56,912 bases of DNA. Source: a virus. Taxonomy: Duplodnaviria; Caudoviricetes. Location: positions 1 to 56,912 of the IMG/VR virus record IMGVR_UViG_3300030117_007306; one strand, written 5' to 3'. Positions 8,452-18,702 of this stretch are shown one piece after another (the stretch's first letter is position 1; every line of letters starts with the position of its first letter). Under the pieces are notes generated by a model that was not told the DNA's origin, did no database searches, and saw only the letters and a program-made list of their open reading frames with translations. The position numbers and the translations under genes were made by a program.

Positions 8452-9633
8452 CTACTTTTTTTCAACAAAATAAAAATGATCTTTTTCCTCCCAAAAATCA
8501 TCGTGATCAATAATTTGCATAAAAGGGTGATCGAAAGAAGAAACTGGCTGGTCTACCGCTACTGACATTTTACTGGCGTACGCTTTGCCATTATGTATTA
8601 AAAATTTGTTAGATTTAAAAAATATTTTTTTCTTATTTATATTTTTTATTTCTTCTATATCTTCAAATTTTATGCGAGGTATGATGTTTATAGGCTTGTC
8701 TATATCTAAAAAATTTATTTTATAGCTGTCGACTTTTTCTTTCTCCTGCTTGCTGACTAAACCTATATTTATACCATTTTGGATGCAATAAGATACGAAA
8801 GAAACATCGTGATTATCATCTAGGTAATAAACAAGTTCTACTATTCTGTTTTTGTATTTTAAAATAATATCCTGTGGAATTGGCTTATCTGTAATTACAG
8901 AGCAGGAACAAATCTCAAGCTGTTTGATCAAATTATCTAAATTAAAATTGTAGTCAAGGTGAACGATCAGAGACTCCACCCCCAAAGCTTTTATGTCCTG
9001 TATAGGATTAGATAAAGAAGATTCTATCCTTCTGTTTTGGTAAAGCGGGCCGACTCTCAACGTGCTAAAAGCAAAGGAATGAGGCCTGCCTAAAAAAGAT
9101 AGTATCGACTCACCTATTTTTTCAGGCTTTATGTTATTTATAGTTTTAGGATTTTCATCCGGATTAAAACTTGGCTTTTTGACATTGCCTTTAAAAACTC
9201 CTACTTCGTCTTTATTGCTCCAATAAGGCTTAAACTGATCATAGAAACAGTTAGAAAACAAACTTACTATATTTTTATTATAATGAGAAGCAATTTGTAA
9301 AGATAAATTATTGCAGGTGATGTGAAGCGCAGAGTCTCTTATCACATAGGCCTTTTGGTTGAAATCAGTTTGCCCTAGAGCGATATAGCAGCCCGGTATT
9401 GGCGTATCGTCTTTGTCTCCAAGTAAAACTAGAGTAACCCCCATTTGCTTTAGCATTGGCGAGATAAAGTCGACGACCATAGACCAGTTGTCGTATTTAG
9501 CTGAAGATGAATCCGCTGATATATCAAGAGTAATATATTTCCCTTCGATGGCCATAGGGAAATATTTTTCATATATGAAAGGACGATCTATTTTTAGATT
9601 GTCCTGTAAGGCATAAGATTCTAAAATGTGCAT
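8452..9633 (-). CDS. GT9-like glycosyltransferase C-terminal half fused to an unknown domain
   Basis: GQTDFNQKAYVIRDSALHI...QIASHYNKNIVSLFS; N-terminus paralogous to 36903-37451. Confidence 0.6.
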   Translation of the reverse strand: MHILESYALQDNLKIDRPFIYEKYFPMAIEGKYITLDISADSSSAKYDNWSMVVDFISPMLKQMGVTLVLLGDKDDTPIPGCYIALGQTDFNQKAYVIRDSALHITCNNLSLQIASHYNKNIVSLFSNCFYDQFKPYWSNKDEVGVFKGNVKKPSFNPDENPKTINNIKPEKIGESILSFLGRPHSFAFSTLRVGPLYQNRRIESSLSNPIQDIKALGVESLIVHLDYNFNLDNLIKQLEICSCSVITDKPIPQDIILKYKNRIVELVYYLDDNHDVSFVSYCIQNGINIGLVSKQEKEKVDSYKINFLDIDKPINIIPRIKFEDIEEIKNINKKKIFFKSNKFLIHNGKAYASKMSVAVDQPVSSFDHPFMQIIDHDDFWEEKDHFYFVEKK

Positions 9634-11534
9634 AAGTAATCCTTGTCTATAACATCGTTCATATTATGAATATAATTAGAAAATTTTTGAGTTGTTAAAT
9701 AAGGGGCAAAAACGATACTGAAATATTCTTTACTCTCTCCCGCTCCTTCTAAACTTAAAACATTGTCAAAAGATTCGGAGTAAGGAATTACTTTATGAAC
9801 GTAATCATTTCCGTTCAACAAAGCAAAATTCTCCGGTTTTGTAGAAACGTATAGATTATGGTCTTTGTATTTATTTTTTATAGACTTAAACAAAGAAGTC
9901 GATAAGAACACATCTTTGGAAGACCCCGGCATAACAAATAATAGTCTTTTACCCTCATCATCTTTGTCGACAATATCTTCTATCTTTACAGGAAAATGTT
10001 TATCATTGTGTTCTTTAGCAACTTTACGAAAATAATCCTCAATACTTTTTCTATCTACTTTATTAGATATTTGCTGCATCCAATATTTGTAACCATCATC
10101 ATGAATGTTATTATCTGTGTTAAGTATTTTTTTATACAATGCTAAAATCCACTCTGAGTCGTCCGCTATGTTTTCTACGTACGCATCAGGGTAGTTTCTT
10201 TTTTGCTCTTCTTTTGTTTCTTCAAAGTTGTAGGTTGCCGCTGGAGCATTATCTATAAAGTCTTCAAATATTTTACCAATAACCTCAACTGAAAACCCAT
10301 CTATGACCCACTGCCTAGCCATTTTGCCCATAGCTTTGAGCTCATCTTTAGGCATATAATAAACCTTGAGTAAGTTATTGTATATAGACTCTGGACAAGT
10401 AGAAGCTTTGATAAACTCCGTTTGATGTTCTATATACTTGCTCCACTCAAGAGATATAGATCCCGAGCCTTCCTCGCACTGCTCTTCGCCACAACTGTAA
10501 TTAGTTACTAATGTTACTAACTCGGTAAGTTTTGCTTCTTGTATAGGTATTTCCTGCCCGCCACTTGTAAACGGATGGCAGTAAACATCCATTAAATTAT
10601 AAATTTCATTTAACTGCACCTCAGAGACACCACCTCCCACGCTGGTAGTGTTCATACTTTTTTCTTTACCACAAATATCGCAGTTCTGTTCTTGCCCTAC
10701 AAATGGTTTAACTTTATATCCATAACAAGAGTTGCAGTAGTAAGTCGTTAGAATATCGTCTTTGTTTACTTTGTGTTCGTCGGCCAGTTTATGAATATTC
10801 CATCCCTCTCCCCAGTGAGTATGTAGTAGCAGCTTTGCTTTAGGAACGTCCTTCTGGAACTTTTTAAAGCCCTCCATCAAATTGGGGACAGACTTTCTTA
10901 GCTGATTGCGAAAAACAAACCCAACGATATAGTCGTCATCAGATATATTGTTATTTGCCCTTAACTGCTTCCTTTTTTCATCATCTAATCTATAAAAATT
11001 ATCAGTTTCGAGGCAGCCATGTACAGTTTTTACATGGTTATGACCTTTCTCATGCAGTGTTTTAGTTGCGAAATTACTCCATATCCAATAATTTTTTATT
11101 TTCGGAGCCTTTTCAACCGCAGAAGGCAAAATGGGCAAAGAGTCTAGGGTTGTCCAAATAACAGAGCTAATCTCGTTGAACCAAGGCTTGTCTATGGCAA
11201 AATCAACCCCCCAAATATCTTGCACTGCAATATAGACATCTGGCTTTTCCTGCTTGACTACATGGTCAATAAGGTAAGACCCATAACTAGCCATTCTAGC
11301 TTGACCGGGGTCTTTGTTTAGTTGAGCTAATTGATTCTGATCGTCCGGCAAGGTGCCGACAGACTTCCAAGGCGTTCTCTGTAAAGCTGGGCTTGAATAA
11401 GCGTTGCCACAACAATAACTAACTATATCATATTTTCCTGTCTTGTATAAATAAGAAAGAAGAGCTTTAGTGTTTCTACCAAAGCCCGTCTTAGCTAAAG
11501 CCGAGTCTGACTGGAATAATACTTTCTTCTTCAC
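9621..11534 (-). CDS. GT4-type glycosyltransferase with Zn-finger insert and C-terminal GT9 N-half
   Basis: TGFGR, FRNQLRKSVP, YNLMDVYCHPFTSGGQEIPIQEA; CNSC...CDIC; C-terminal LLFVMPGSSKDVFLSTSL. Confidence 0.8.
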   Translation of the reverse strand: MKKKVLFQSDSALAKTGFGRNTKALLSYLYKTGKYDIVSYCCGNAYSSPALQRTPWKSVGTLPDDQNQLAQLNKDPGQARMASYGSYLIDHVVKQEKPDVYIAVQDIWGVDFAIDKPWFNEISSVIWTTLDSLPILPSAVEKAPKIKNYWIWSNFATKTLHEKGHNHVKTVHGCLETDNFYRLDDEKRKQLRANNNISDDDYIVGFVFRNQLRKSVPNLMEGFKKFQKDVPKAKLLLHTHWGEGWNIHKLADEHKVNKDDILTTYYCNSCYGYKVKPFVGQEQNCDICGKEKSMNTTSVGGGVSEVQLNEIYNLMDVYCHPFTSGGQEIPIQEAKLTELVTLVTNYSCGEEQCEEGSGSISLEWSKYIEHQTEFIKASTCPESIYNNLLKVYYMPKDELKAMGKMARQWVIDGFSVEVIGKIFEDFIDNAPAATYNFEETKEEQKRNYPDAYVENIADDSEWILALYKKILNTDNNIHDDGYKYWMQQISNKVDRKSIEDYFRKVAKEHNDKHFPVKIEDIVDKDDEGKRLLFVMPGSSKDVFLSTSLFKSIKNKYKDHNLYVSTKPENFALLNGNDYVHKVIPYSESFDNVLSLEGAGESKEYFSIVFAPYLTTQKFSNYIHNMNDVIDKDYLCTF

Positions 11535-12019
11535 TGATTATTTTTAGCGGCAAGACTTTTGGCTATAGCTTCATTATTCTCTTTTATAGACGAAGATGAG
11601 TATATACTCAAAGCTGTCAGAAGAAACTGTTTTAGAAATTTGGACTCTCCAAAAGTAAATCCAATGGAATAACTTTTCTTTTCTCCATCCTTCGGCATTT
11701 TAGTTAGAGTGAAAGCAAATCCATCCTTCTTATCGTCCTTAATCTTTGGTTTAAAAGAGAAAGAAGTATTCTCCTTTGGAGTCTTGTGAAAACTAGAGAA
11801 TTCTCTACCGCTTTCGATGCAGTCAATAAAAGAACCGATTTCAGCAGGAGTAAACTTACAAGCAGAGCGAGTTTTGGTATCGAACTTGCCCTTCGAGTTC
11901 TCAGCGTCCCAACTTAACTGCTTAAGGAGCTGGATATAAAAAGACTTATCGTTTGTGTTGTAAGAAAAGCTACAACAACAACCAGAATTCCATTGGTTCG
12001 GCTTGTAAAAGTGTATCAT
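11531..12019 (-). CDS. hypothetical protein, possibly ssDNA-binding (PC4/Whirly-like)
   Basis: Repeated aromatic beta-strand/helix pattern; next to DnaE; own promoter. Confidence 0.4.
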   Translation of the reverse strand: MIHFYKPNQWNSGCCCSFSYNTNDKSFYIQLLKQLSWDAENSKGKFDTKTRSACKFTPAEIGSFIDCIESGREFSSFHKTPKENTSFSFKPKIKDDKKDGFAFTLTKMPKDGEKKSYSIGFTFGESKFLKQFLLTALSIYSSSSIKENNEAIAKSLAAKNNQ

Positions 12020-12030
12020 AACCGCCCTCT

Positions 12031-12059
12031 ATTATAGAGAAAAAGAGCAATTATGACAA
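12031..12059 (-). promoter_or_regulatory. sigma70-type promoter TTGTCA-17-TATAAT
   Basis: ATG 11 nt after the -10 box. Confidence 0.7.
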
Positions 12060-14714
12060 ATTTTTCTCATCATTAGTTAGTTGGCCCAGCTTCATATATA
12101 TCTTTGAACCTTGCTCGGTAACATAATTACCAAACACTCCGTCGTCAGCTTTCATACCCTTAACTAAGACTACGTCTTTTTTATCCGGAAGCCTGCCTTT
12201 ATTGTAATCTATGCAGCTTTGTATACTGTTACCTCTTTTACTGTTGAAAAGCAGCACATCGATTATCCCAGTTTCGTCAGATACTTCAAACTTTATGTAC
12301 TCATTACCTTTTTGAGATACCTTAACTCCTGTCGAATCTATTATAGTGCCAGCAAAAGCGACCTTCGTTCTTGGTCTAGAGTTTTTGACTTGAGATATCT
12401 GCACGAGCTCTGGATTCCTATTTACGAAAATATCTCTTATCGACACACCATGAGTATACCCTAATAATTCATTTTCATAATACCAATTAGCAAAATCTTC
12501 ACTCCTACTATTTATATCATATATTTTTTTGTATCCAGCAAACCTTTTTCTCATAGTTTCAATTCTGGTATCTTTAATATATCTCTTACCCTCGTCATCA
12601 ACTTTCACTTTCATTTCGTTAATGACTTTGATTAGATCTTGCTCTCCTTCTTCTGCGAATTTTAAAGCTATCAACCTTTCTCTTGGAGTCAAAATTTTCC
12701 AAAGCTGACATTCAACTACTAGGCGGCTTCTGCTTGAACTATCACCCACGTCCAAAGCCCCAGCTTGAATCAAAGCGGATAAAGCCCCTAAGTTAATGCC
12801 CGCCTCTGTAGAGGCTTGAAAAACCTGAAACTTATTGGATGCACTGTCTCTAAAATGACTAAACTTTTCAAGAGCTGACGTAGATATACCTTTTATAGAG
12901 GAAAGACCAAACCTTATGTTGTCGCCTTCAATAGTAAAATCATCTTCAGATTTTATCACGTCCGGCCTTAAAAGTTCTATATTGAAATGAACTAGCTCCT
13001 TATGGATTTTTGATATCTCAGCGATAGGATCTGGTTCAAATTTGCTCATTTGCAGCAGAGCTAGAAAAAACTCTTTTGGATGATTAAATTTTAAATAAAC
13101 CGTAGCCGCAGCCAAAGCAGCGTAAGCTATCGAGTGAGATTTATTAAAAGAATAGTTGGCTGAATCCTCAAGGATTTGCCAAAGTACATCGCCAACTTCT
13201 TTGTCAAGATTGTTCTGCTTGATTTTATCTTTAATTTTTTTCTTCCACTTTTTAACTTCGTTTACTTTCTTCTTGCCCACAATGCGTCGTAACAACTCCG
13301 CTTCGTCAAGAGTAAAGCCAACTTTGTGAGCCATCTTCATCATCTGCTCTTGGTAGAGACAAACGCCTCCAGTAGCTCCTAAGATATCATCAAAAAATGG
13401 ATGTATTACATCGTAGGTATCATTATTAGTATAACTAGCATATTGCTCGGTAAATTGCATAGCCCCCGGTCTAGCCAAAGCCAAAACGGCGCTAAGCTCC
13501 TCTAAGCTCTTAGGTTTTACCTTTTTGCAGACTTCGTAGTTAGCTCTAGCTTCAACTTGAAATATACCTTGTGGTTGTTTTAAGTCATAAAGATTTTGAT
13601 AAATACTTTCGTGGTCTAAATCTATATCTTCCACATTTATACCAATAAATTTACAAGCTTGATCTACGACAGAAACAGTCCTTAGTCCGAGAACGTCGAG
13701 TTTGACATTGAACATTTGAGACCAATCCATATTGTAGGACGATATGTTCTCTTTGTCAGAATCAAGTTCTATTGGGCAGCTTTTGGTAATATTGTCGTAC
13801 GATAATAGTATCGCTGATGGATGAACACCTTTATTTTTTACTAAACCTTTAATTTTTTGAGCTGTGCCGTATGTTCGGGGATTGTTATCACACCACTCTT
13901 TAAATTCTGATACTTCATCATATGCCTCCGAGATGTCTTTGACTTGCCCGAAAACTTTTGGTATAAGAGAAGAGACTTGGTTCATTTCCGTCTCAGATTT
14001 ATCTTCAACAGTCTTTCCGCACTCTTTCATGACCAACTTGCCACTGAGGGTGTTCAGCGTTCTTATTTTAGAAGTCTTACCTTGGAATTCTTTCTCTAGA
14101 TATTTGAGAACGTCTTTGCGTTTGTAATAACATACGTCCATGTCTATATCACACATTAAAGAACCGTCCAGATAAGTAACTCCATCTACAACTTTCTTCT
14201 TTGCGCGTATTTTGGATACAAACCTCTCAAAAAACAATTCATACTTTACAGAGTCTATTTTGGTAACGCCAAGTAAATACAGAACAAAGCTGCCAGCCGC
14301 AGAGCCACGACCTAGACCAACTGGAATATCTGATACTTTACAAAAATGAATTACTTTCCAAACTAAAAGAATATAATCAACAAACCCAAGTTCTTTGAGG
14401 ATATCTAGCTCATAATATATTCTATCTACATATTTTTTATGTTCGGCCGAACCTTTTTTTATGTTGAGCTTCTTAAAGCCTTTCTGACAAAGCGCTATGA
14501 GAAAATCGTAAGTATTTTTTACTTTCTCAGGATTATCTATGAGGTCTAGATATTCAGGCTGAATGTCAAACTTTGGTAAACGTACGCCGTTGATATTCAA
14601 CTTTAAAGCGTTAAAGCTATCGTTGAAATCAGTCTTTCTTTTTTCTAGGCCTTCCTCGCTTTTTCTTGGCGGGCTTTGGCGGCTCTGACTTTTGTTCTCC
14701 TTTACTGTCACCAT
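12051..14714 (-). CDS. dnaE: DNA polymerase III alpha catalytic core lacking the PHP domain (start uncertain)
   Basis: GLGRGSAAGS, FERF, CDIDMD, GVHPSA, KLDVLGL, LYQEQ, YSFNKSHS, IRFGLSSIKG; C-terminal OB fold. Confidence 0.92.
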   Translation of the reverse strand: MVTVKENKSQSRQSPPRKSEEGLEKRKTDFNDSFNALKLNINGVRLPKFDIQPEYLDLIDNPEKVKNTYDFLIALCQKGFKKLNIKKGSAEHKKYVDRIYYELDILKELGFVDYILLVWKVIHFCKVSDIPVGLGRGSAAGSFVLYLLGVTKIDSVKYELFFERFVSKIRAKKKVVDGVTYLDGSLMCDIDMDVCYYKRKDVLKYLEKEFQGKTSKIRTLNTLSGKLVMKECGKTVEDKSETEMNQVSSLIPKVFGQVKDISEAYDEVSEFKEWCDNNPRTYGTAQKIKGLVKNKGVHPSAILLSYDNITKSCPIELDSDKENISSYNMDWSQMFNVKLDVLGLRTVSVVDQACKFIGINVEDIDLDHESIYQNLYDLKQPQGIFQVEARANYEVCKKVKPKSLEELSAVLALARPGAMQFTEQYASYTNNDTYDVIHPFFDDILGATGGVCLYQEQMMKMAHKVGFTLDEAELLRRIVGKKKVNEVKKWKKKIKDKIKQNNLDKEVGDVLWQILEDSANYSFNKSHSIAYAALAAATVYLKFNHPKEFFLALLQMSKFEPDPIAEISKIHKELVHFNIELLRPDVIKSEDDFTIEGDNIRFGLSSIKGISTSALEKFSHFRDSASNKFQVFQASTEAGINLGALSALIQAGALDVGDSSSRSRLVVECQLWKILTPRERLIALKFAEEGEQDLIKVINEMKVKVDDEGKRYIKDTRIETMRKRFAGYKKIYDINSRSEDFANWYYENELLGYTHGVSIRDIFVNRNPELVQISQVKNSRPRTKVAFAGTIIDSTGVKVSQKGNEYIKFEVSDETGIIDVLLFNSKRGNSIQSCIDYNKGRLPDKKDVVLVKGMKADDGVFGNYVTEQGSKIYMKLGQLTNDEKNLS

Positions 14715-14904
14715 CTTCTTTTAATATGTCCTCTAGTCTATCTTTTAAAACTTTTAAAGTGTCTTTACTCTCTTTTTCAAATCTATAAAAGAAATCTAAC
14801 TTGTCCTGCTTATCTCCTTTTCTGAGAATAACTATAGCGTAATCAACATCAGACTCCTCTGAGAGCTTGTCTATTATATCATATGCAAAATCCATGCTGG
14901 GCAT
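14629..14904 (-). CDS. small protein with basic AT-hook-like tail
   Basis: KKKRGRPRKKK; own promoter. Confidence 0.65.
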   Translation of the reverse strand: MPSMDFAYDIIDKLSEESDVDYAIVILRKGDKQDKLDFFYRFEKESKDTLKVLKDRLEDILKEDGDSKGEQKSEPPKPAKKKRGRPRKKKD

Positions 14905-14911
14905 ATGAATT

Positions 14912-14940
14912 ATTATACGACTAAACTCTGCTCATCTCAA
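14912..14940 (-). promoter_or_regulatory. sigma70-type promoter TTGAGA-17-TATAAT
   Basis: ATG 7 nt after the -10 box. Confidence 0.75.
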
Positions 14941-15565
14941 TTTTAAGTTTGTTCCAAACTTTTAAATTTAACTCTAAATCATTTATTGCGTCGTGGAGCG
15001 TTTCGTAATTATGTTCGATGTTGTAATATTTGCCTAGCTCCGTTAAAGACGTTCTCACTCCTCTAACTCTATTGGTCAACATTCTGTATTGATAGTCGAA
15101 AAAGTTCTCTTCTTGCTGTTTGTAATAGTTCTCCGTTCTGATTCCTCGACCTACTGACAATGTATCTACGCACTTTTCAAACAGATGATCGTAAGGCTTA
15201 GAGTTCATTTTGCACCAGTCTCTAATTAAGTACATGTCGAATCCTAAAATATTATGTCCAACAATATAATCACATGAATCTAACCACTGATAAACAGTAG
15301 GGAATATCTCTGGTTCTGGTTTGGCAAGTTTGTTAAATTTTCTCTTATCAAATCTAGTAATCCTTGCCGCCTCGTCAGAAATACTTAAACCACAGTCCCA
15401 CTTGACCATCTCGTCAAATCTATTCTCTATTCTCCCTTTTACGACCCGAATCATGCCCACCTGCCAAGGTCGATTGTTGTAAAAGTTTAAATTTACATTA
15501 AAGGTCTCCAAATCCATGAAAACCAGTTCTTTACTGGAAATAGTTTTAAAAAAGTCGTTATCCAT
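14921..15565 (-). CDS. dnaQ: DEDDh 3'-5' exonuclease (DnaQ/epsilon-like)
   Basis: FMDLET, VGHNILGFD, HDAINDL. Confidence 0.85.
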   Translation of the reverse strand: MDNDFFKTISSKELVFMDLETFNVNLNFYNNRPWQVGMIRVVKGRIENRFDEMVKWDCGLSISDEAARITRFDKRKFNKLAKPEPEIFPTVYQWLDSCDYIVGHNILGFDMYLIRDWCKMNSKPYDHLFEKCVDTLSVGRGIRTENYYKQQEENFFDYQYRMLTNRVRGVRTSLTELGKYYNIEHNYETLHDAINDLELNLKVWNKLKIEMSRV

Positions 15566-16052
15566 TTAATTCTCTAGCTGGTACGTTATAGCAATCTGCT
15601 CTGAAATAAAAACTCCTATTGCGAGGAGACTCTGGGTCGTAATCGCCCTTTTTATAAAAGTTAGCCTTTTGGTAAAACTCGGACTTATCTATTTTGCCAA
15701 GATACCAAGCATAACTCAAATCCTTCATTACGCTAACGAAGGCATACTCATCGCAGTCTTGATTAGGGTTGAAATCTGCTACTGTGCAGTTGTAGTTTAA
15801 CTGAGGAGCTACAGTTCTTTCCTTAGTTTTTACATCGACAGTGAAATGACCAGAACAGGGATTATGATATACTAAATCGTAATCGTAGGTATCTTTTATT
15901 TCGCCGTCCAAGACGTGTTTGACAACCTCTTCGCCGATGTAGGCCACTAAGGCCCCCTCTCCTTTTCTGATAGAATTATTGAGTAAGGGTAGCTTGTCAG
16001 CCCTTTCCTGCGCTCTGTTAATTAATTGCTCTGATAATTTAAATCTTTTCAT
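15558..16052 (-). CDS. putative PD-(D/E)XK nuclease
   Basis: AYIGEEVV...DYDLV...VDVKT; likely start MKRFKL at 16052. Confidence 0.55.
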   Translation of the reverse strand: MKRFKLSEQLINRAQERADKLPLLNNSIRKGEGALVAYIGEEVVKHVLDGEIKDTYDYDLVYHNPCSGHFTVDVKTKERTVAPQLNYNCTVADFNPNQDCDEYAFVSVMKDLSYAWYLGKIDKSEFYQKANFYKKGDYDPESPRNRSFYFRADCYNVPARELNG

Positions 16053-16815
16053 ACCAGCTTTCAAAACTAAATTCATTTGAACACATATGGTCAAAGTTAG
16101 GTTTAGCTAAAGTCCTCTTCGCTCTGCCGGGCGCAGAGTCAGAAATGCATCTAAATGTAAGGTAAGCAGGAAAATCCTTTTTGTTTTTATAGTAAACACT
16201 ATGAACTTCTTGGGTTTCATATTGATCCTTACAATAATTTAAAACATGCTTTCTTAAAGATTGGTCAAAAGGTAAATCGTTCGATTCTAAGAAAAACAAA
16301 GGAGAAAAATTATGGAAATCTGGAATAATATTACCCATCGCCAATTTGTTTTTATGTATAAATGAATCATAAAAAGGAACAACGAAAGTTAAATCATTAT
16401 CGTCCCAATACTCCCATAAAGAATCATAGTCTATCCTCGGGGCATAGTAAAAACCATCTGTAGACGCTTTCGACGAAATTTTTAATAACCTCTCATAACC
16501 CTTTTTATTTTTGCAAAATATGACACATTTAGATTCGTGCGAAGAATAATCTTTCTGTTTGTACGTCATATCTTCACAAACAGTTAATCTAAGACCGAAC
16601 CTCAAATCTATACCAGCCTCCAAAGCATTACTGTACGCCTCCAAGAAACCAGTCATACTATCCTCCACTAAATAGAGATGATCTAACTTAGCCTCAGAGC
16701 AAATATCTATTATTGAATCCGGACCAACACCATCAGAAGAACCCAATGCTTCTAAAGTAAGTATTGATTTACCTATGCTGTAATGTGACTTAAATAAAGG
16801 TAAAGCCCCGTTCAT
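16039..16815 (-). CDS. stand-alone PHP domain of DNA polymerase III alpha
   Basis: KSHYSIGKSIL, EDSMTGF, FGLRL, KNKKGYERLLKISS, YYAPRID. Confidence 0.8.
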   Translation of the reverse strand: MNGALPLFKSHYSIGKSILTLEALGSSDGVGPDSIIDICSEAKLDHLYLVEDSMTGFLEAYSNALEAGIDLRFGLRLTVCEDMTYKQKDYSSHESKCVIFCKNKKGYERLLKISSKASTDGFYYAPRIDYDSLWEYWDDNDLTFVVPFYDSFIHKNKLAMGNIIPDFHNFSPLFFLESNDLPFDQSLRKHVLNYCKDQYETQEVHSVYYKNKKDFPAYLTFRCISDSAPGRAKRTLAKPNFDHMCSNEFSFESWYEKI

Positions 16816-16821
16816 CTCCGC

Positions 16822-16850
16822 ATTATACTGAACTTCTTGTGCCTTGTCAA
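16822..16850 (-). promoter_or_regulatory. perfect consensus sigma70 promoter TTGACA-17-TATAAT
   Basis: ATG 6 nt after the -10 box. Confidence 0.9.
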
Positions 16851-17827
16851 GAAAAAATATCTATGTACTCGCCGCTCCCTGCGTGTCTAGGGCAGCCATC
16901 ATACTTTTGCTTTTCTATCTTCTGGCCTTTTATTTTAATTTTTTCCAACTCAACTTTTTTGAAGCTAGAAGATACCTCTTTGCCATCCTTGTCTATTAAA
17001 GAGAAATAGTCATAGCCATCAATATAAGGGCAACGCCACTTTCCCACTTTGCATAACCAAGAATTTTTCTTATTGTCGGCAGCGTAATTTGAACAAGCGT
17101 CTTCTTCTGTGAAATTGTTTATCTTAAAAAAAGCATAAGATAAGTAATATTCAAATCCTTTTAACTGTTCTTCGGTAAATTCCAACTGTTGAACTGGGCT
17201 TCTAGGAAATCTTAAAAATAAAAATTCTGCCGTAGGCTTAAAACCCGGCCAATGTTTTTTAGCGGCCAAGGTATAGGTCATGGCTTGAACATTTGAGTGC
17301 AGTTCTTCGCCTCTAAATTTATATTTACTACTTTTATAATCTACAATTTTTATTTTTTTACCACGTTTATAAGCTATAGGTTTATCGATGAATCCTCTTA
17401 TTTTATACTCAGGATTTTTTGATTCTAGTAAAAACTCAAACTCTGGATTATCTACTTTGCCTCCCCGCCCAAAGAAATCATATTTTAATCCGACCATAAT
17501 CATATCCCACACTAACTCTGTATTTTCTTCGTTAGTCATAGGCAGATCGGAGGACTTCTCCATCTGTCGCAAATGCTTCATAACTAGTCTAACGATAGCG
17601 GGGCTTCCGTCTATCGTGTTTGCTTTTATGATTTTATCGTAGTGCTTCTTATGCTTCTTCTTGACGAGCATCTCAAATACTAAATGACACACAGTGCCTC
17701 GCTGTGCGCCCTCATTTTGCTTCTGCGGCAGTTTTAGTATATAGTTGCACCAATACGACCAAGAACACGTTTCGAGCGTTTTTAGCCTTGATGCTGATAA
17801 AATTTTTTCTTTTAATTTTTCTGCCAT
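16847..17827 (-). CDS. RecB/AddB/Cas4-like PD-(D/E)XK exonuclease
   Basis: LSASRLKTLETC, GTVCH, RGFIDK, IVDYKSS, Q..Y; C-terminal cysteines. Confidence 0.85.
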   Translation of the reverse strand: MAEKLKEKILSASRLKTLETCSWSYWCNYILKLPQKQNEGAQRGTVCHLVFEMLVKKKHKKHYDKIIKANTIDGSPAIVRLVMKHLRQMEKSSDLPMTNEENTELVWDMIMVGLKYDFFGRGGKVDNPEFEFLLESKNPEYKIRGFIDKPIAYKRGKKIKIVDYKSSKYKFRGEELHSNVQAMTYTLAAKKHWPGFKPTAEFLFLRFPRSPVQQLEFTEEQLKGFEYYLSYAFFKINNFTEEDACSNYAADNKKNSWLCKVGKWRCPYIDGYDYFSLIDKDGKEVSSSFKKVELEKIKIKGQKIEKQKYDGCPRHAGSGEYIDIFS

Positions 17828-18699
17828 TCTAAAATTTCTTTTTTATCCATGCATCCGAAGTCATTTTTACAAGGTAGTTTAATTCTAACAACGCCTTCAT
17901 CGAAATGCTTATTCAGAGTTTGACTTAACTTAACGGCAGCGTCATTGCCCGCTCCTTTATAGCCGTCATTATTTAAAGCTATAATAATTTCGTCAGGGTC
18001 TAAACTTACGATAGTAGATAAAAGCTGACGACTTGCGTGAAGTCCAAACATAACGATAGTGTTTTTTATTCCAGCTTCCCACAAAGCTAACATGTCGCCT
18101 ATGCTCTCAATTAAAATTATCTGTCTAGTATCTTTTACTATATTATAGTTTATTTGAAGCGGATATCTCCAAACTGATTTAGGCCCTAAGTGCTTCCACT
18201 TTAGAGGGCTCTTCCCTGTGACATCTCTGCCGGTAACGCCTATTAAAGTTTTAGATGAGTTGAAAATGGGAAAAATGTACCTGTCTTTAAAAGGGCCCTC
18301 TGTGCGAACACCACCTTCAAAAACAGATAAAGTATTTGAACTTATCCCTCTGTTGTTCCAGTAAGTAAAATCTGTGACTAAATGCAAAAGCATTTCTTTT
18401 GGCAAAGCTTTGACATGTTCTATCTTGGAGGTTTTTCTAGGAGATCTTTCAAATTTATATTTATTAACAATAACTGCTCTAGCTTCCTCAATATTAGACA
18501 AGCCTAGAGTCAACCGAACAAGCTCCTCAAAAGGGCCAGCTTTGTTTTCTTTAAAATCAGTCCACCACCCAGTATCTTTATATACCCTCAAAACAGAACT
18601 GTTATTTGAGTCTCTGTAAAGAGGAGTCATTCTAAACTCTCTCCCGTGGTCTTGAATTTTATAACCCAAGTCTAAAAGTACGTCTCTTACGTCTGCCAT
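17812..18699 (-). CDS. dnaG: DnaG-like primase (TOPRIM)
   Basis: RYIFPI...GVTGR, IESIGDML, ALNNDG, KNDFG; adjacent to helicase; no canonical Zn-finger cysteines. Confidence 0.8.
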   Translation of the reverse strand: MADVRDVLLDLGYKIQDHGREFRMTPLYRDSNNSSVLRVYKDTGWWTDFKENKAGPFEELVRLTLGLSNIEEARAVIVNKYKFERSPRKTSKIEHVKALPKEMLLHLVTDFTYWNNRGISSNTLSVFEGGVRTEGPFKDRYIFPIFNSSKTLIGVTGRDVTGKSPLKWKHLGPKSVWRYPLQINYNIVKDTRQIILIESIGDMLALWEAGIKNTIVMFGLHASRQLLSTIVSLDPDEIIIALNNDGYKGAGNDAAVKLSQTLNKHFDEGVVRIKLPCKNDFGCMDKKEILEWQKN

Positions 18700-18702
18700 G
18701 AA

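Noticed and set aside
9621-9633. Programmed frameshift joining the GT9 halves
   Set aside because: The paralogous junction at 37438-37451 uses a different frame offset, and both downstream ORFs have a conserved Met-His start
14629-14714. Overprinted N-terminal extension of DnaE
   Set aside because: Cannot determine the true start; the 86-nt overlap may be a start-calling artefact
16847-17827. Cas4 of a CRISPR system
   Set aside because: Lies in the primase-helicase operon, typical of a stand-alone phage exonuclease
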